64,000 nt of DNA, taken from NCBI GenBank assembly GCA_038064595.1, contig JBBTSV010000001.1, positions 1,915 to 65,914 on the forward strand, in the 5' to 3' direction. Each line of letters starts with the position of its first letter. The stretch's first letter is position 1. This DNA comes from Patescibacteria group bacterium (lineage in GTDB: Bacteria; Patescibacteriota; Minisyncoccia; Phycocordibacterales; Phycocordibacteraceae). A model generated the notes under the pieces. That model saw nothing but the letters and a program-made list of their open reading frames with translations, was not told the DNA's origin and did no database searches. This document shows positions 1 to 9,196 of this stretch, piece after piece. Position numbers and translations under genes: made by a program.

Positions 1-639
1 AAGGGGCAGTGGTTTGTGATCTCTCCTTCGGCGGCATCCTCGACAGCACGCGGCTACGGGAGTGATTTCTCATATATCGCACGCTCTATTTCTGAAACAG
101 AGGTTGCCTACAAAGAGCAGCGCGCCGCGACTGTCGAGGTGGGGAAGAAGGTAAATCAGCTCGCCGAGAAGCATCGCCTCTTCACCTTCAAAACACAGCC
201 GAAAAAAGAAAATGTCGAGGGGCAGACCCTCTATCGGTATCAGCTCGATATCCGCAAAGAGGCCATTATCCCGTTTGTCAAAGACGTGGTTGAGGAGACC
301 AAGAACGACAGAGCGTTCAGCTTCCTCAACGATCCGGGGCTGCTCTCGTATCTGGAGAGCGAGGACTTTGACACCACCTTTGCCTATCTGAAGCACAACG
401 TCTTCTACACCGTGTGGACCGACCGTGACGGGTTCCCGGCGGTGCTTGAGTATCGGATGCGTGTCGTGCCGCCCGACACCGCGATGCAGCTTAAGGGCAA
501 ACAGATCGACCTTACTTTCAAATTGAATCTCGCTGAGATTAATAAAGGCGTGAATATCGAAGCACCGAAGGATGCTAAGCCGATCGAGAAGGTGATCGAA
601 GAGATGAGTAAAAACAAAAATTCCAGCTCACTTTTTTAG
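1..639 (+). CDS. hypothetical protein, 5' end truncated by the window edge (reading frame open from nt 1)
   Basis: Long ORF in frame from the window start; no recognisable motif; followed by a T-run. Confidence 0.45.
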   Translation, partial: KGQWFVISPSAASSTARGYGSDFSYIARSISETEVAYKEQRAATVEVGKKVNQLAEKHRLFTFKTQPKKENVEGQTLYRYQLDIRKEAIIPFVKDVVEETKNDRAFSFLNDPGLLSYLESEDFDTTFAYLKHNVFYTVWTDRDGFPAVLEYRMRVVPPDTAMQLKGKQIDLTFKLNLAEINKGVNIEAPKDAKPIEKVIEEMSKNKNSSSLF

Positions 640-674
640 ATTGAGTTTGTGTGGTAGAAAGATAAGGCACAGAA

Positions 675-747
675 GCCGCCTTAGCTCAGTTGGTAGAGCA
701 ACCCCTTCGTAAGGGGTAGGTCCTCAGTTCAAATCTGAGAGGCGGCT
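675..747 (+). tRNA. tRNA-Thr (anticodon CGU)
   Basis: Cloverleaf: acceptor GCCGCCT/AGGCGGC, D-arm GCTC..GAGC, anticodon stem ACCCC/GGGGT with loop TTCGTAA (CGT), T-arm CTCAG-TTCAAAT-CTGAG, discriminator T; CCA not encoded. Confidence 0.8.
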
Positions 748-768
748 CTAGGGGGTGTGGATAGAGGG

Positions 769-797
769 TTGACAAATATTTGACAGAGCTTTATTAT
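769..797 (+). promoter_or_regulatory. sigma70-like promoter TTGACA-17-TATTAT; predicted TSS about 804, coinciding with an ATG (leaderless)
   Basis: Consensus -35 at 769-774, 17-nt spacer, TATTAT at 792-797. Confidence 0.5.
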
Positions 798-803
798 TAT
801 TGC

Positions 804-1163
804 ATGGAAAATCCTGAAATGTGGAAGAGTGGAAGTCGTGCGGCGGAAAACAGGGCGAGTGAGCGTGCTTGGGTTGACTCCCTGTCTGGTGAGCAAGAGG
901 CTAACGCCAAGCTCGAGGCAGCGCGGGAGGTTGATCAAATCGATGCGCAGTTGATCGAACTCGACAATAACTTACAAGAATTGCAGACCAAGCTCGCAGA
1001 AGGGAACGCCAAGGCCGCGACTATAGGGGCAGATGAAGGCCTGCGCAAGCTCTCGATTACTCTTGGACGTCAGTTGCAGGCTGAGATTACTGCTCTCGAG
1101 ACACAACGCACCTCGCTCACTGATCGAAAGGCAAAACTTTCCTCATCGGGTACGCTTCAGTGA
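804..1163 (+). CDS. coiled-coil hypothetical protein / upstream ORF of prfB, terminated by an in-frame UGA
   Basis: ATG at the predicted TSS; the last ~27 codons (ITALETQRTSLTDRKAKL..) resemble the RF2 N-terminal helix; TGA at 1161-1163 is in the same frame as the prfB ATG at 1176. Confidence 0.35.
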   Translation: MENPEMWKSGSRAAENRASERAWVDSLSGEQEANAKLEAAREVDQIDAQLIELDNNLQELQTKLAEGNAKAATIGADEGLRKLSITLGRQLQAEITALETQRTSLTDRKAKLSSSGTLQ

Positions 1164-1175
1164 TCGTTCTGGGTC

Positions 1176-2051
1176 ATGGAGGATCGAGAGACGCGACTAT
1201 TAGCATTGGAGGCGCTGATGGCGTCGCCAGAGTTTTGGAGTGATAAAGAGGAGGCACAGCGCCTCGTCGCCGAGTATCAAAACCTCAAGGAAGGGATATC
1301 TGGCGATCCGCATGACGCGGGCAACGCCACCCTAGCTATCCTCGCGGGCGCAGGCGGAGACGACGCTGAAGACTTTGCCCGCCTCCTCCGGCGAATGTAT
1401 GAAGGCTACGCTGATAAGAAGGGGTGGCGTGTGCGTGAGCTGCATGCCAATGAGAACGACCACGGCGGGTACCGTAATCTCCTCCTTGAGATCTCGGGCT
1501 CTCTCGCCTATGGCCGACTGAAACATGAAGCAGGGGTGCATAGGCTTGTTCGCCAGTCTCCCTTTAATGCCAACGCAAAGCGGCAGACAAGCTTTGCGCT
1601 CGTTGAGGTGCTCCCGACTCTGGTAGCAAGCGACAAAGTCGAGCTTTCTCCAGACGATCTGGAGATCCAGTTCGCCCGCTCGGGCGGCGCAGGCGGCCAG
1701 AACGTGAATAAGCGTGAGACCGCGGTACGAATAGTCCACACGCCCTCCAATCTCTCTGTGCACGTCTCAAGCGAGCGCAGCCAGCTCGCCAACCGTGAGA
1801 AGGCGATGGAGCTCCTCAAAGCCAAAATATACAGAAAACAGGAGCAGGAGCAGGAGCGGGAGGCAAAAGGCCGGTCAATTGCAGCGACCACGGCGAATGA
1901 GTGGGGGAGTCAGATCCGCTCCTATGTGCTCCACCCCTATAAGATGGTGAAGGACCACCGTACCGAGTATGAATCCGGGAATCCCGAGAAGGTCCTTGAG
2001 GGCGATCTCGACGGCTTCATAGACGCGATGGAGTCACGTGCGGTAGAATAG
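1176..2051 (+). CDS. prfB: peptide chain release factor 2 (SPF and GGQ motifs), short N-terminal domain
   Basis: QSPFNANAKRQTSF (SPF), SGGAGGQNVNK (GGQ), and overall collinearity with RF2. Confidence 0.85.
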   Translation: MEDRETRLLALEALMASPEFWSDKEEAQRLVAEYQNLKEGISGDPHDAGNATLAILAGAGGDDAEDFARLLRRMYEGYADKKGWRVRELHANENDHGGYRNLLLEISGSLAYGRLKHEAGVHRLVRQSPFNANAKRQTSFALVEVLPTLVASDKVELSPDDLEIQFARSGGAGGQNVNKRETAVRIVHTPSNLSVHVSSERSQLANREKAMELLKAKIYRKQEQEQEREAKGRSIAATTANEWGSQIRSYVLHPYKMVKDHRTEYESGNPEKVLEGDLDGFIDAMESRAVE

Positions 2052-2058
2052 AGGGGTT

Positions 2059-2736
2059 ATGATCTACTTCGACAAAGTGACAAAGCGGTATGGCGAAACC
2101 GCAGCGCTCGAAGAAGTCAGCCTCTCAGTCGCCCCCAAAGAGTTTATCTCTATCGTTGGTCACTCGGGCGCCGGTAAGACCACCCTCCTGAAGCTCCTCC
2201 TCGCTGAAGAGCGTCCTACCGACGGCTCCGTCTTTTTTGAATCTATCGACATTAACGACCTCCCGAGCTCGGCCTTGCATCACTACCGTCGCAAGATTGG
2301 GATGGTATTTCAAGACTTCCGCCTTATCCCCAACAAGACTGCCTATGAGAACATCGCCTTTGCGATGGAGGCAGCCGGACGCACCGATGATGAGATCGCG
2401 AGCGATGTGCCCTACATTCTCGAGCTGGTGAATCTCGCCGATAAAGCGACCCATTTCCCCGACCAGCTTTCGGGTGGAGAGAAACAGCGCATCGCTATCG
2501 GCCGCGCGATCATCAACCAACCCGAGCTCATCGTTGCCGACGAGCCGACCGGGAATCTCGACCCTATCAACACCTACGAGGTGGTCGAGATCCTCAAGAA
2601 GATCAACGAGCTCGGTACCACGGTGCTGATTACTACTCACAATAAGGGGGTGGTCGACGCGATCGGCAAGCGAGTGGTTACGATCGACCGTGGGCGGATT
2701 GTGCGCGACGATGCGGATGGCAAATATGTCTTATAG
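2059..2736 (+). CDS. ftsE: cell division ABC ATPase FtsE
   Basis: Walker [10 protein letters not shown], signature LSGGEKQR, adjacent to ftsX. Confidence 0.9.
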   Translation: MIYFDKVTKRYGETAALEEVSLSVAPKEFISIVGHSGAGKTTLLKLLLAEERPTDGSVFFESIDINDLPSSALHHYRRKIGMVFQDFRLIPNKTAYENIAFAMEAAGRTDDEIASDVPYILELVNLADKATHFPDQLSGGEKQRIAIGRAIINQPELIVADEPTGNLDPINTYEVVEILKKINELGTTVLITTHNKGVVDAIGKRVVTIDRGRIVRDDADGKYVL

Positions 2737-2751
2737 CGGTACACTAGGGGT

Positions 2752-3681
2752 ATGAACTGGATGGTCCTCAAACGCATGTTCGTTTCCGGATGGAAGAACT
2801 TTGCCCGCGGCGGCGCGGTCTCAGCCGCGACCGTGGTGATCATGACCGTCACTCTCGCGATTATCGGCTCACTCATTTTTCTCTCGGCACTTCTCTCCTT
2901 CACCCTCACGTCAATCAAGGAAAAGGTGGATGTGTCGGTTTACTTTGTGACCACCGCCAAGGAGTCCGACATTCTTTCTGTACGGAGCCAGATTATGAAG
3001 CTCCCTCAAGTCGCTGAAGTCACGTACACGTCGGCGATCGACGCGCTCGCCGCATTTCGTGCGCGATATGCTACTGACCACCTGACGCTTCAGGCACTTG
3101 AAGAGGTGGGCGGTAATCCATTCAACGCGTCACTTTCCGTACGGGCAAAGGATCCTTCAGAGTACGAAAGTATTGTTAACTTTCTTGAAGCGTCTCCGAC
3201 ACTCTCTTCAGGCGGTACGTCAATTGTCGACCGTATCAACTACGATGCTAACAAGAAAGAAACGATCGACCGTCTCTCACTCTGGATCCAGGCGGCCGAT
3301 AGGATTGGTCTTGTAGTGAGTATCCTCTTTGCGCTTGCGTCGATCCTTATTGCGTTTGCTACCGTGCGTCTCGCGATCTATACCGCCAAAGACGAGATCG
3401 CGGTCATGCGGCTTGTGGGAGCGAGCAATGCGTACATCCAAGGCCCCTTCATAGTGACGGGGCTCATCACCGGTGGGTTTGCCGCCGGTTTGGTGCTTCT
3501 CCTGTTGTGGGGAGGGACGTCGTATGCCGGTGAGCGGATGGCGGTATGGTTGGGCGGCTTTAACGTCGCGTCATATTTCAGTGCACACTTCACACTCATT
3601 TTTCTCATCCTTGCTGGATCGGGGATCCTCCTTGGGGCGCTGGCATCACTACTTGCTATCCACAAGTATCTGAAGGCATAA
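2752..3681 (+). CDS. ftsX: cell division permease-like protein FtsX
   Basis: FtsX topology: TM segment, large periplasmic loop, three C-terminal TMs; immediately after ftsE. Confidence 0.85.
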   Translation: MNWMVLKRMFVSGWKNFARGGAVSAATVVIMTVTLAIIGSLIFLSALLSFTLTSIKEKVDVSVYFVTTAKESDILSVRSQIMKLPQVAEVTYTSAIDALAAFRARYATDHLTLQALEEVGGNPFNASLSVRAKDPSEYESIVNFLEASPTLSSGGTSIVDRINYDANKKETIDRLSLWIQAADRIGLVVSILFALASILIAFATVRLAIYTAKDEIAVMRLVGASNAYIQGPFIVTGLITGGFAAGLVLLLLWGGTSYAGERMAVWLGGFNVASYFSAHFTLIFLILAGSGILLGALASLLAIHKYLKA

Positions 3682-3690
3682 TCCACGGGT

Positions 3691-5349
3691 ATGGCAACTG
3701 AAGGACATAAGTACGTATTTGTACTCGGCGGCGTCATGAGCGGCGTTGGGAAGGGTGTCGTGACGAGTTCCCTAGGCCTCCTTCTTCAGGAAAAGGGGTA
3801 CCCGGTAAATCTGGTCAAGGTCGATCCCTACCTTAATGTCGATGCGGGGACGATGAATCCCACCGAACACGGGGAAGTTTTTGTGCTCCGGAGCGGGCTC
3901 GAGACTGATCAGGATATGGGGAACTACGAGCGCTTCCTCAACCGCGATCTCACTAATGAGGACTACATGACAAGCGGTATGGTCTACCAGTCTGTTATCG
4001 CGCGCGAGCGCGCGCTCGGCTATCACGGTAAGTGTGTCGAGGCTATCCCGCACGTTCGTGATGAGATCCTCTCGCGCATCCAGAACGCGGCTGCCTACAA
4101 CGGCAGCCGCGTTTCTGTTATCGAGATTGGGGGAACGATTGGCGACTTCCAAAATGCGCTTTTTATCGAAGCGGCGCGGGTGCTGAAGATGAATCATCCA
4201 AACGACGTTCTTTTTGTCATCGTTTCCTATCTTCCCACTCCGGGTACGCTTGGAGAGATGAAAACGAAGCCCACCCAGACCGCCGTGCGCGATCTTAATT
4301 CGTACGGCGTGCAACCAGATTTTATCGTCGCGCGCTCTAAGGAACCGGTCGACGAAAAACGGAAAGAGAAGCTCGCGATTTGGTGTAATGTGCGTAAAGA
4401 TCGGATCATCAGTGCGCCGGACATCAAGAGCATCTACGAAGCGCCACTCAATTTCGAAAAAGATAAGCTCGGGGAGGCGGTGCTTGATGCGCTCCACCTT
4501 CCCGCGAAGAAAAAGGCTTCACTCACCGCGTGGAAGAAATTTGCTGCTGCCGTTGCGAGCACTAAGGCGCCAGAGGTACAGATTGCGATTGTGGGGAAAT
4601 ATTTTGACACGGGGGACTTTGTCCTTTCTGACGCGTATCTTTCGGTTATTGAGGCACTCAAGTTTTCAGCAGCAAAGCTTGGGCTTCGTGTGAAGCTCTC
4701 GTGGGTTAATGCAAAAGAGCTCGAGAAGAAGGGTGCTGATATGCGCGCGCTTCTTGGAAAGTACCACGGGATCTTGGTGCCGGGCGGCTTTGGTGAGTCG
4801 GGAGTGGAAGGGAAAATCAAAGCGATCCGCTTTGCCCGAGAACACAAGGTGCCTTACTTCGGTCTCTGCTACGGTATGCAGCTTATGGTGGTTGAATACG
4901 CGCGCAATGTCTTGAAGTTGAAAGACGCTCACACGACCGAGATCAAGAAGAGTGCGAAGGATCCGGTGGTCGACGTGATGCTCGAGCAGAAGAAACACCT
5001 CGCTGACAATAAGTATGGCGGCACGATGCGGCTTGGCGTCTACCCCTGCTACCTAAAGAAAGGGAGTGTGGCTCGCGCCGCGTATAAGAAAGAGCTTATC
5101 GAGGAGCGCCACCGTCACCGCTATGAGATCAACGCCGCATACGTGAAGCCGCTTGAAGCTGCCGGTCTCATCTTCTCCGGCACCTCACCTGACGGTGTGC
5201 TCATGGAGATCGCCGAGCTTCCTACTCATACCCACCCCTTCATGCTGGGTACCCAATTCCACCCCGAGCTCCAAGCGCGCCCCCTCGCCCCGCATCCTTT
5301 ATTTACCGAGTTCCTCCGTGCTGCCGCTACCCACAAGCGCAAGAAATAA
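3691..5349 (+). CDS. pyrG: CTP synthase
   Basis: Synthase domain IEIGGTIGD, C-terminal GATase GLCYGMQL, 552 aa. Confidence 0.95.
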   Translation: MATEGHKYVFVLGGVMSGVGKGVVTSSLGLLLQEKGYPVNLVKVDPYLNVDAGTMNPTEHGEVFVLRSGLETDQDMGNYERFLNRDLTNEDYMTSGMVYQSVIARERALGYHGKCVEAIPHVRDEILSRIQNAAAYNGSRVSVIEIGGTIGDFQNALFIEAARVLKMNHPNDVLFVIVSYLPTPGTLGEMKTKPTQTAVRDLNSYGVQPDFIVARSKEPVDEKRKEKLAIWCNVRKDRIISAPDIKSIYEAPLNFEKDKLGEAVLDALHLPAKKKASLTAWKKFAAAVASTKAPEVQIAIVGKYFDTGDFVLSDAYLSVIEALKFSAAKLGLRVKLSWVNAKELEKKGADMRALLGKYHGILVPGGFGESGVEGKIKAIRFAREHKVPYFGLCYGMQLMVVEYARNVLKLKDAHTTEIKKSAKDPVVDVMLEQKKHLADNKYGGTMRLGVYPCYLKKGSVARAAYKKELIEERHRHRYEINAAYVKPLEAAGLIFSGTSPDGVLMEIAELPTHTHPFMLGTQFHPELQARPLAPHPLFTEFLRAAATHKRKK

Positions 5350-5351
5350 CT

Positions 5352-5891
5352 ATGGCAGTAAAGATTGTCTTTGAAGCACACGGCACAACCTACGATAACG
5401 AGGCACACGTGTCCTCTGGTCACAATGACGTCGAACTCTCTCCACTCGGAGTGGAGCAATCAAAAGAGATGGGCAAACGGTACGAGCACGATCATTTTGA
5501 TGCCATTTTCTGTTCAGATCTGCAACGTGCATATCATTCAGCTGAAATCGCTTTTGGAGAGGGGTTCCCAATTATAAAAGATGCGCGCTTGCGAGAGTGC
5601 GACTATGGAGATTTCACACAACATTCAAGCAGTGAAGTCGATAGTGAAAAACCAAAGCGTATTATCGAACCATTCCCAAACGGAGAAAGCTACGAACAAA
5701 CATCCGGGAGAATGAAGTCGTTTCTGCAAGACCTTATCCGTGGCCATGATGGGAAGCGGGTGATGATTATTGGTCATCGGGCAACCCAGTATGGACTCGA
5801 GCACTGGATTAATGGGCGGTCTCTTGAGGAGATTATTCCAGCACCATGGAAGTGGCAGCCCGGCTGGCTCTACACCCTTCCAGAAGTTTAA
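5352..5891 (+). CDS. histidine phosphatase (phosphoglycerate mutase-like) family protein
   Basis: N-terminal EAHGTTxxN motif and the family's length and pattern. Confidence 0.65.
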   Translation: MAVKIVFEAHGTTYDNEAHVSSGHNDVELSPLGVEQSKEMGKRYEHDHFDAIFCSDLQRAYHSAEIAFGEGFPIIKDARLRECDYGDFTQHSSSEVDSEKPKRIIEPFPNGESYEQTSGRMKSFLQDLIRGHDGKRVMIIGHRATQYGLEHWINGRSLEEIIPAPWKWQPGWLYTLPEV

Positions 5892-6005
5892 CTTCCGCAG
5901 AATGAGTAGTTATTCTGACTGATATAAAATACTACGATATATCATAGTGTTTTTATGCAGTATCCACACAACACAACTCGGTGGCTGCACATTGCTTGTA
6001 CGTGT

Positions 6006-6764
6006 CTAGGTGAGGGCACGGATGTCTTCGGTGAGGGCGTCGACGCGGCTGAAGAAGTGCGGACTCCGGATGTCGCGCGGGCGCGGGAGATCGACCGCAA
6101 TGATCTTCTCGACGCGGCCCGGGTGCGCGTTCATCAGTATGATGGTATCTGAGAGCTCGATGGCGTCGGGGATGAGGTGGTTGACCATAAGCACAGTCAT
6201 GCCATAGGAGCGCCAGATTTTCAACAAATCGGTCTTCAGTGCCTCGGCAGTGATTGTATCGAGGTTTGAGAACGGTTCATCCATGATGAGGAGGTCAGGC
6301 GAGATTGCGAGCGCGCGTGCGAGCCCGACTCTCTGGCGCTGGCCGCCCGAGAGGGCGGCGGGGTAGTGTCGCTCGAGGTGGACAAGCCCGACTTCATCGA
6401 GCTTCTCGCGCGCGACGCGTTCACGCTCTTTGCGTCCCACACCCTCCATCCGGAGACCAAAGGCGACATTCTCAAGCGTTGTGAGCCACGGGAAGAGGGC
6501 ATAATTTTGAAATACCATTGCCGGGCGCTGTACGTTGCGGATAATCTCACCGCTTCGTATCGGCATAAGCCCAAGAATGACACGCAGGAGGGTTGACTTA
6601 CCCGAGCCTGACGGACCAACAAGTGATACAAACGATCCGTGGGGGATAGAGAAGCTGACCTCATGCAGAACCGAGGGGTCCTGCTTCTCTTCGTCGACAA
6701 AACGCGTTGATACACGTGAGAGCACCAGTGCCATGGGAGGGTGGTCGGTCATGTTACTCCGCAT
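6006..6764 (-). CDS. ABC transporter ATP-binding protein (NitT/TauT-like)
   Basis: Walker A GPSGSGKST, LSGGQRQRV, Walker B LIMDEPFSNLD. Confidence 0.85.
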   Translation of the reverse strand: MRSNMTDHPPMALVLSRVSTRFVDEEKQDPSVLHEVSFSIPHGSFVSLVGPSGSGKSTLLRVILGLMPIRSGEIIRNVQRPAMVFQNYALFPWLTTLENVAFGLRMEGVGRKERERVAREKLDEVGLVHLERHYPAALSGGQRQRVGLARALAISPDLLIMDEPFSNLDTITAEALKTDLLKIWRSYGMTVLMVNHLIPDAIELSDTIILMNAHPGRVEKIIAVDLPRPRDIRSPHFFSRVDALTEDIRALT

Positions 6765-7503
6765 AGCGGCGGCTACTCTCTGAGAGGAGGGGCGCCCACA
6801 CGAGTCGGTTCACGATGAAGACGATGACGAGGATACCGAGCGCGCCCGCAACGGCGCTTGGGCTAAGGCCAGAAGCGTCGGCGCCTTTAATAAACGCGCC
6901 AAAGCCTTCACTACTGATAATAATTTCAGCGCCAATCACCGCTTCCCAGCCTATCGCGATACCCACAATTGAACCTGAAAGCACAGCGGGAAATGAGAGA
7001 GGGGCAAGGTAGTGGGTAATGCGGCGAAACCCTGTCGCACCAAAGATGATAGCTGCATCATTCAGATCTTTATGGACACTGCGGATGGTCGTGAGCACGG
7101 CAAAGAGTATGGGCCACACGATAGAGGTGACGGCAAACAAGACGATCATTTTGTCGGTGAAGCCGAAAAAGTAGACAAAGAGGGGGAAGAGAGCAAACGA
7201 GGGAAGGTTCTGGAGGACGTCAAAAAAGGGGAAGAGGAAATCCATAAGGGGACTCCAACCGACGAGAAGGCCGATCCCCACCCCCAGAGCCAGCGCGATA
7301 CCGTACGCAACAATCAGCCGGTATGTTGTCTGAAGAACTGCGTCAGTGAGTATGGGCCAGTCAACATCGGTAAAGTATCCCGTTTCGACAAACAAGACGG
7401 CACCGATAATCACCAGAGTCATCAGGAGCCACGCCAAGCGATTGCGTATCGAGTGCGCGTAGTGGAGCGAACGCGTTTTGGGATGCGAGATGCTCCCGAT
7501 CAT
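6754..7503 (-). CDS. ABC transporter permease (BPD_transp_1-like EAA loop)
   Basis: Six TM segments, DAAIIFGATGF EAA-like motif, overlaps the ATPase start. Confidence 0.8.
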   Translation of the reverse strand: MIGSISHPKTRSLHYAHSIRNRLAWLLMTLVIIGAVLFVETGYFTDVDWPILTDAVLQTTYRLIVAYGIALALGVGIGLLVGWSPLMDFLFPFFDVLQNLPSFALFPLFVYFFGFTDKMIVLFAVTSIVWPILFAVLTTIRSVHKDLNDAAIIFGATGFRRITHYLAPLSFPAVLSGSIVGIAIGWEAVIGAEIIISSEGFGAFIKGADASGLSPSAVAGALGILVIVFIVNRLVWAPLLSESSRRYAE

Positions 7504-7532
7504 GAGTTCATTCTAGCGCATCACGGGGTATC

Positions 7533-8462
7533 TCAGGGGAGGGTGTGTGGAGGAGTGGCGTCGCGTTCATCAAACTTGAAACCGCGTGCGACAAGCTCGC
7601 TCCAGAGATAGTTGTACCACAGTCGATATCCTTCACTGCTCGGATGCATTTTGTCTTTGGCATAGTAGCGATCAGGGTTTTCAAAAAATGGATTGGAGGT
7701 GTATTTGTGGATCTTCTCCGTAATAAAAAGCTCGACGAGCGGTAATCCGACCGCATCAGTCGCTCGCGCGAACACGTCGTGCACAATATCAGTACGCCGT
7801 CCGATAACCGAACGGATGAACGCTGGGAAGAAGGGTGCTTGTCCAAGATTTGCGTAAAAAAGTACAACGACGCGTCGATTGCTTTTTGCAATGGCTTGAT
7901 CAAGGAGGCGGCGGAGGTCTCGTTCAAGCGATGTTACACTGGTACGAAACAAAATATCGTTTCCTCCTGTACTTATAACAATCAAATCAAATGTCTGAGA
8001 GTCAGTACGCTCGAGTTGGGTGATGGCATCGCGTACGAGTGATCCATTTACCGCAACGTTGAGAATGGACGTATGAGGGAAATCGCGTCCAAGACGTCCT
8101 GCGATAGTATCTTCTGGCGCATCAGCACCAGTGCCGTACGCAGTACTATCACCAAGGACAAGAATTCGTTTCGGGCCATCACGCTGCGCTGAGTACACGA
8201 CAGGTTTCTTCCACATAAATTGAACCTCATGAAGCAGTGTCCAAATCATGTGGAGTACCTTGAGTGTCACGAGGAGTGCCGTACCTTCTCCAAGTAGGAT
8301 GAGGAATGCTGGGAGGAAGATCTCCACACCGACGGGTCCACCCAAGGAGATTCCATCGACGAGTGACTGTATATTCTCTCTTGTATGAGTGATCGCACCA
8401 CTACCGATACTAACAAAAACATCTCCAACTCGAGAGCCTATCGTGCGAAGAAAATCGGTCAT
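7533..8462 (-). CDS. SGNH/GDSL hydrolase with N-terminal membrane domain
   Basis: LVLGDSTAYG (GDS), GGNDI, and DKMHPSSEGY catalytic blocks. Confidence 0.7.
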   Translation of the reverse strand: MTDFLRTIGSRVGDVFVSIGSGAITHTRENIQSLVDGISLGGPVGVEIFLPAFLILLGEGTALLVTLKVLHMIWTLLHEVQFMWKKPVVYSAQRDGPKRILVLGDSTAYGTGADAPEDTIAGRLGRDFPHTSILNVAVNGSLVRDAITQLERTDSQTFDLIVISTGGNDILFRTSVTSLERDLRRLLDQAIAKSNRRVVVLFYANLGQAPFFPAFIRSVIGRRTDIVHDVFARATDAVGLPLVELFITEKIHKYTSNPFFENPDRYYAKDKMHPSSEGYRLWYNYLWSELVARGFKFDERDATPPHTLP

Positions 8463-9193
8463 GTTAGGAGCGCTCGTATGAGCGTCTCGTGTATCTGACG
8501 ATACCACACTTCATACCCTGCGTCATTTGGATGCATTAAATCACGAGCGAGGAGCTTCTGATCTATAACCGGGTCGTTTTTTTCATGGAAGAGTGATACA
8601 TGCGATACGCCAACCTCGTGCGCAACTTCCTGGTACAATATCTTCATTTGTCTTGAGCGATTGTGATAGAGCGGTAACAGAAAAGGAGGATAGCACAACA
8701 TGAGTCCCGCGTTGTTTGGACTAATAAGCACAATGTTTTTTCCGTACTGTTGACTCCGCGTAAGTATGGTCTTGAGGGAGCGCCGCAGAAGTGCAAGAGG
8801 GGTAAAACAAACAAGGTTCATACCACCAAGCATGATGACAATGAGATCAAATGGAGGGGTGTTTTTCTGAACGCGAGTATCAAGTGCAGTATGCGCGTAG
8901 GAGAGATAGACTCCCGGTTTACTCGCATTTTCAATATGGGCAGTTGGAATCGCAGCAGCAAGTCTCCCAGGGATGGAGTAGCGACCTTCGCTGGCACCTG
9001 TACCGTATCCGGTACTATCACCGATAAAGAGTACGCGCATCGGCGCTTGATCGTTGTGGCGTTCATAAGTGGTAAGCGCCGCACTCAATTCTCGCGAGAT
9101 TCGTAATTGACGGTATACGCGCATAGCTCCACACACGCCGTAGAATATCAGCATTCCGACAACGATACCCACCCCCTGACCGACACCTGTCAT
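8459..9193 (-). CDS. SGNH/GDSL hydrolase (paralog of the gene downstream)
   Basis: LFIGDSTGYG, GGMN, and DLMHPNDAGY blocks. Confidence 0.7.
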   Translation of the reverse strand: MTGVGQGVGIVVGMLIFYGVCGAMRVYRQLRISRELSAALTTYERHNDQAPMRVLFIGDSTGYGTGASEGRYSIPGRLAAAIPTAHIENASKPGVYLSYAHTALDTRVQKNTPPFDLIVIMLGGMNLVCFTPLALLRRSLKTILTRSQQYGKNIVLISPNNAGLMLCYPPFLLPLYHNRSRQMKILYQEVAHEVGVSHVSLFHEKNDPVIDQKLLARDLMHPNDAGYEVWYRQIHETLIRALLT

Positions 9194-9196
9194 GTT

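Noticed and set aside
1155-1200. Canonical prfB +1 programmed frameshift
   Set aside because: There is no CUU-UGA-C slippery site and no internal Shine-Dalgarno sequence. The +1 frame after the TGA hits a stop after 13 codons. The RF2 frame is the SAME frame as the upstream ORF.
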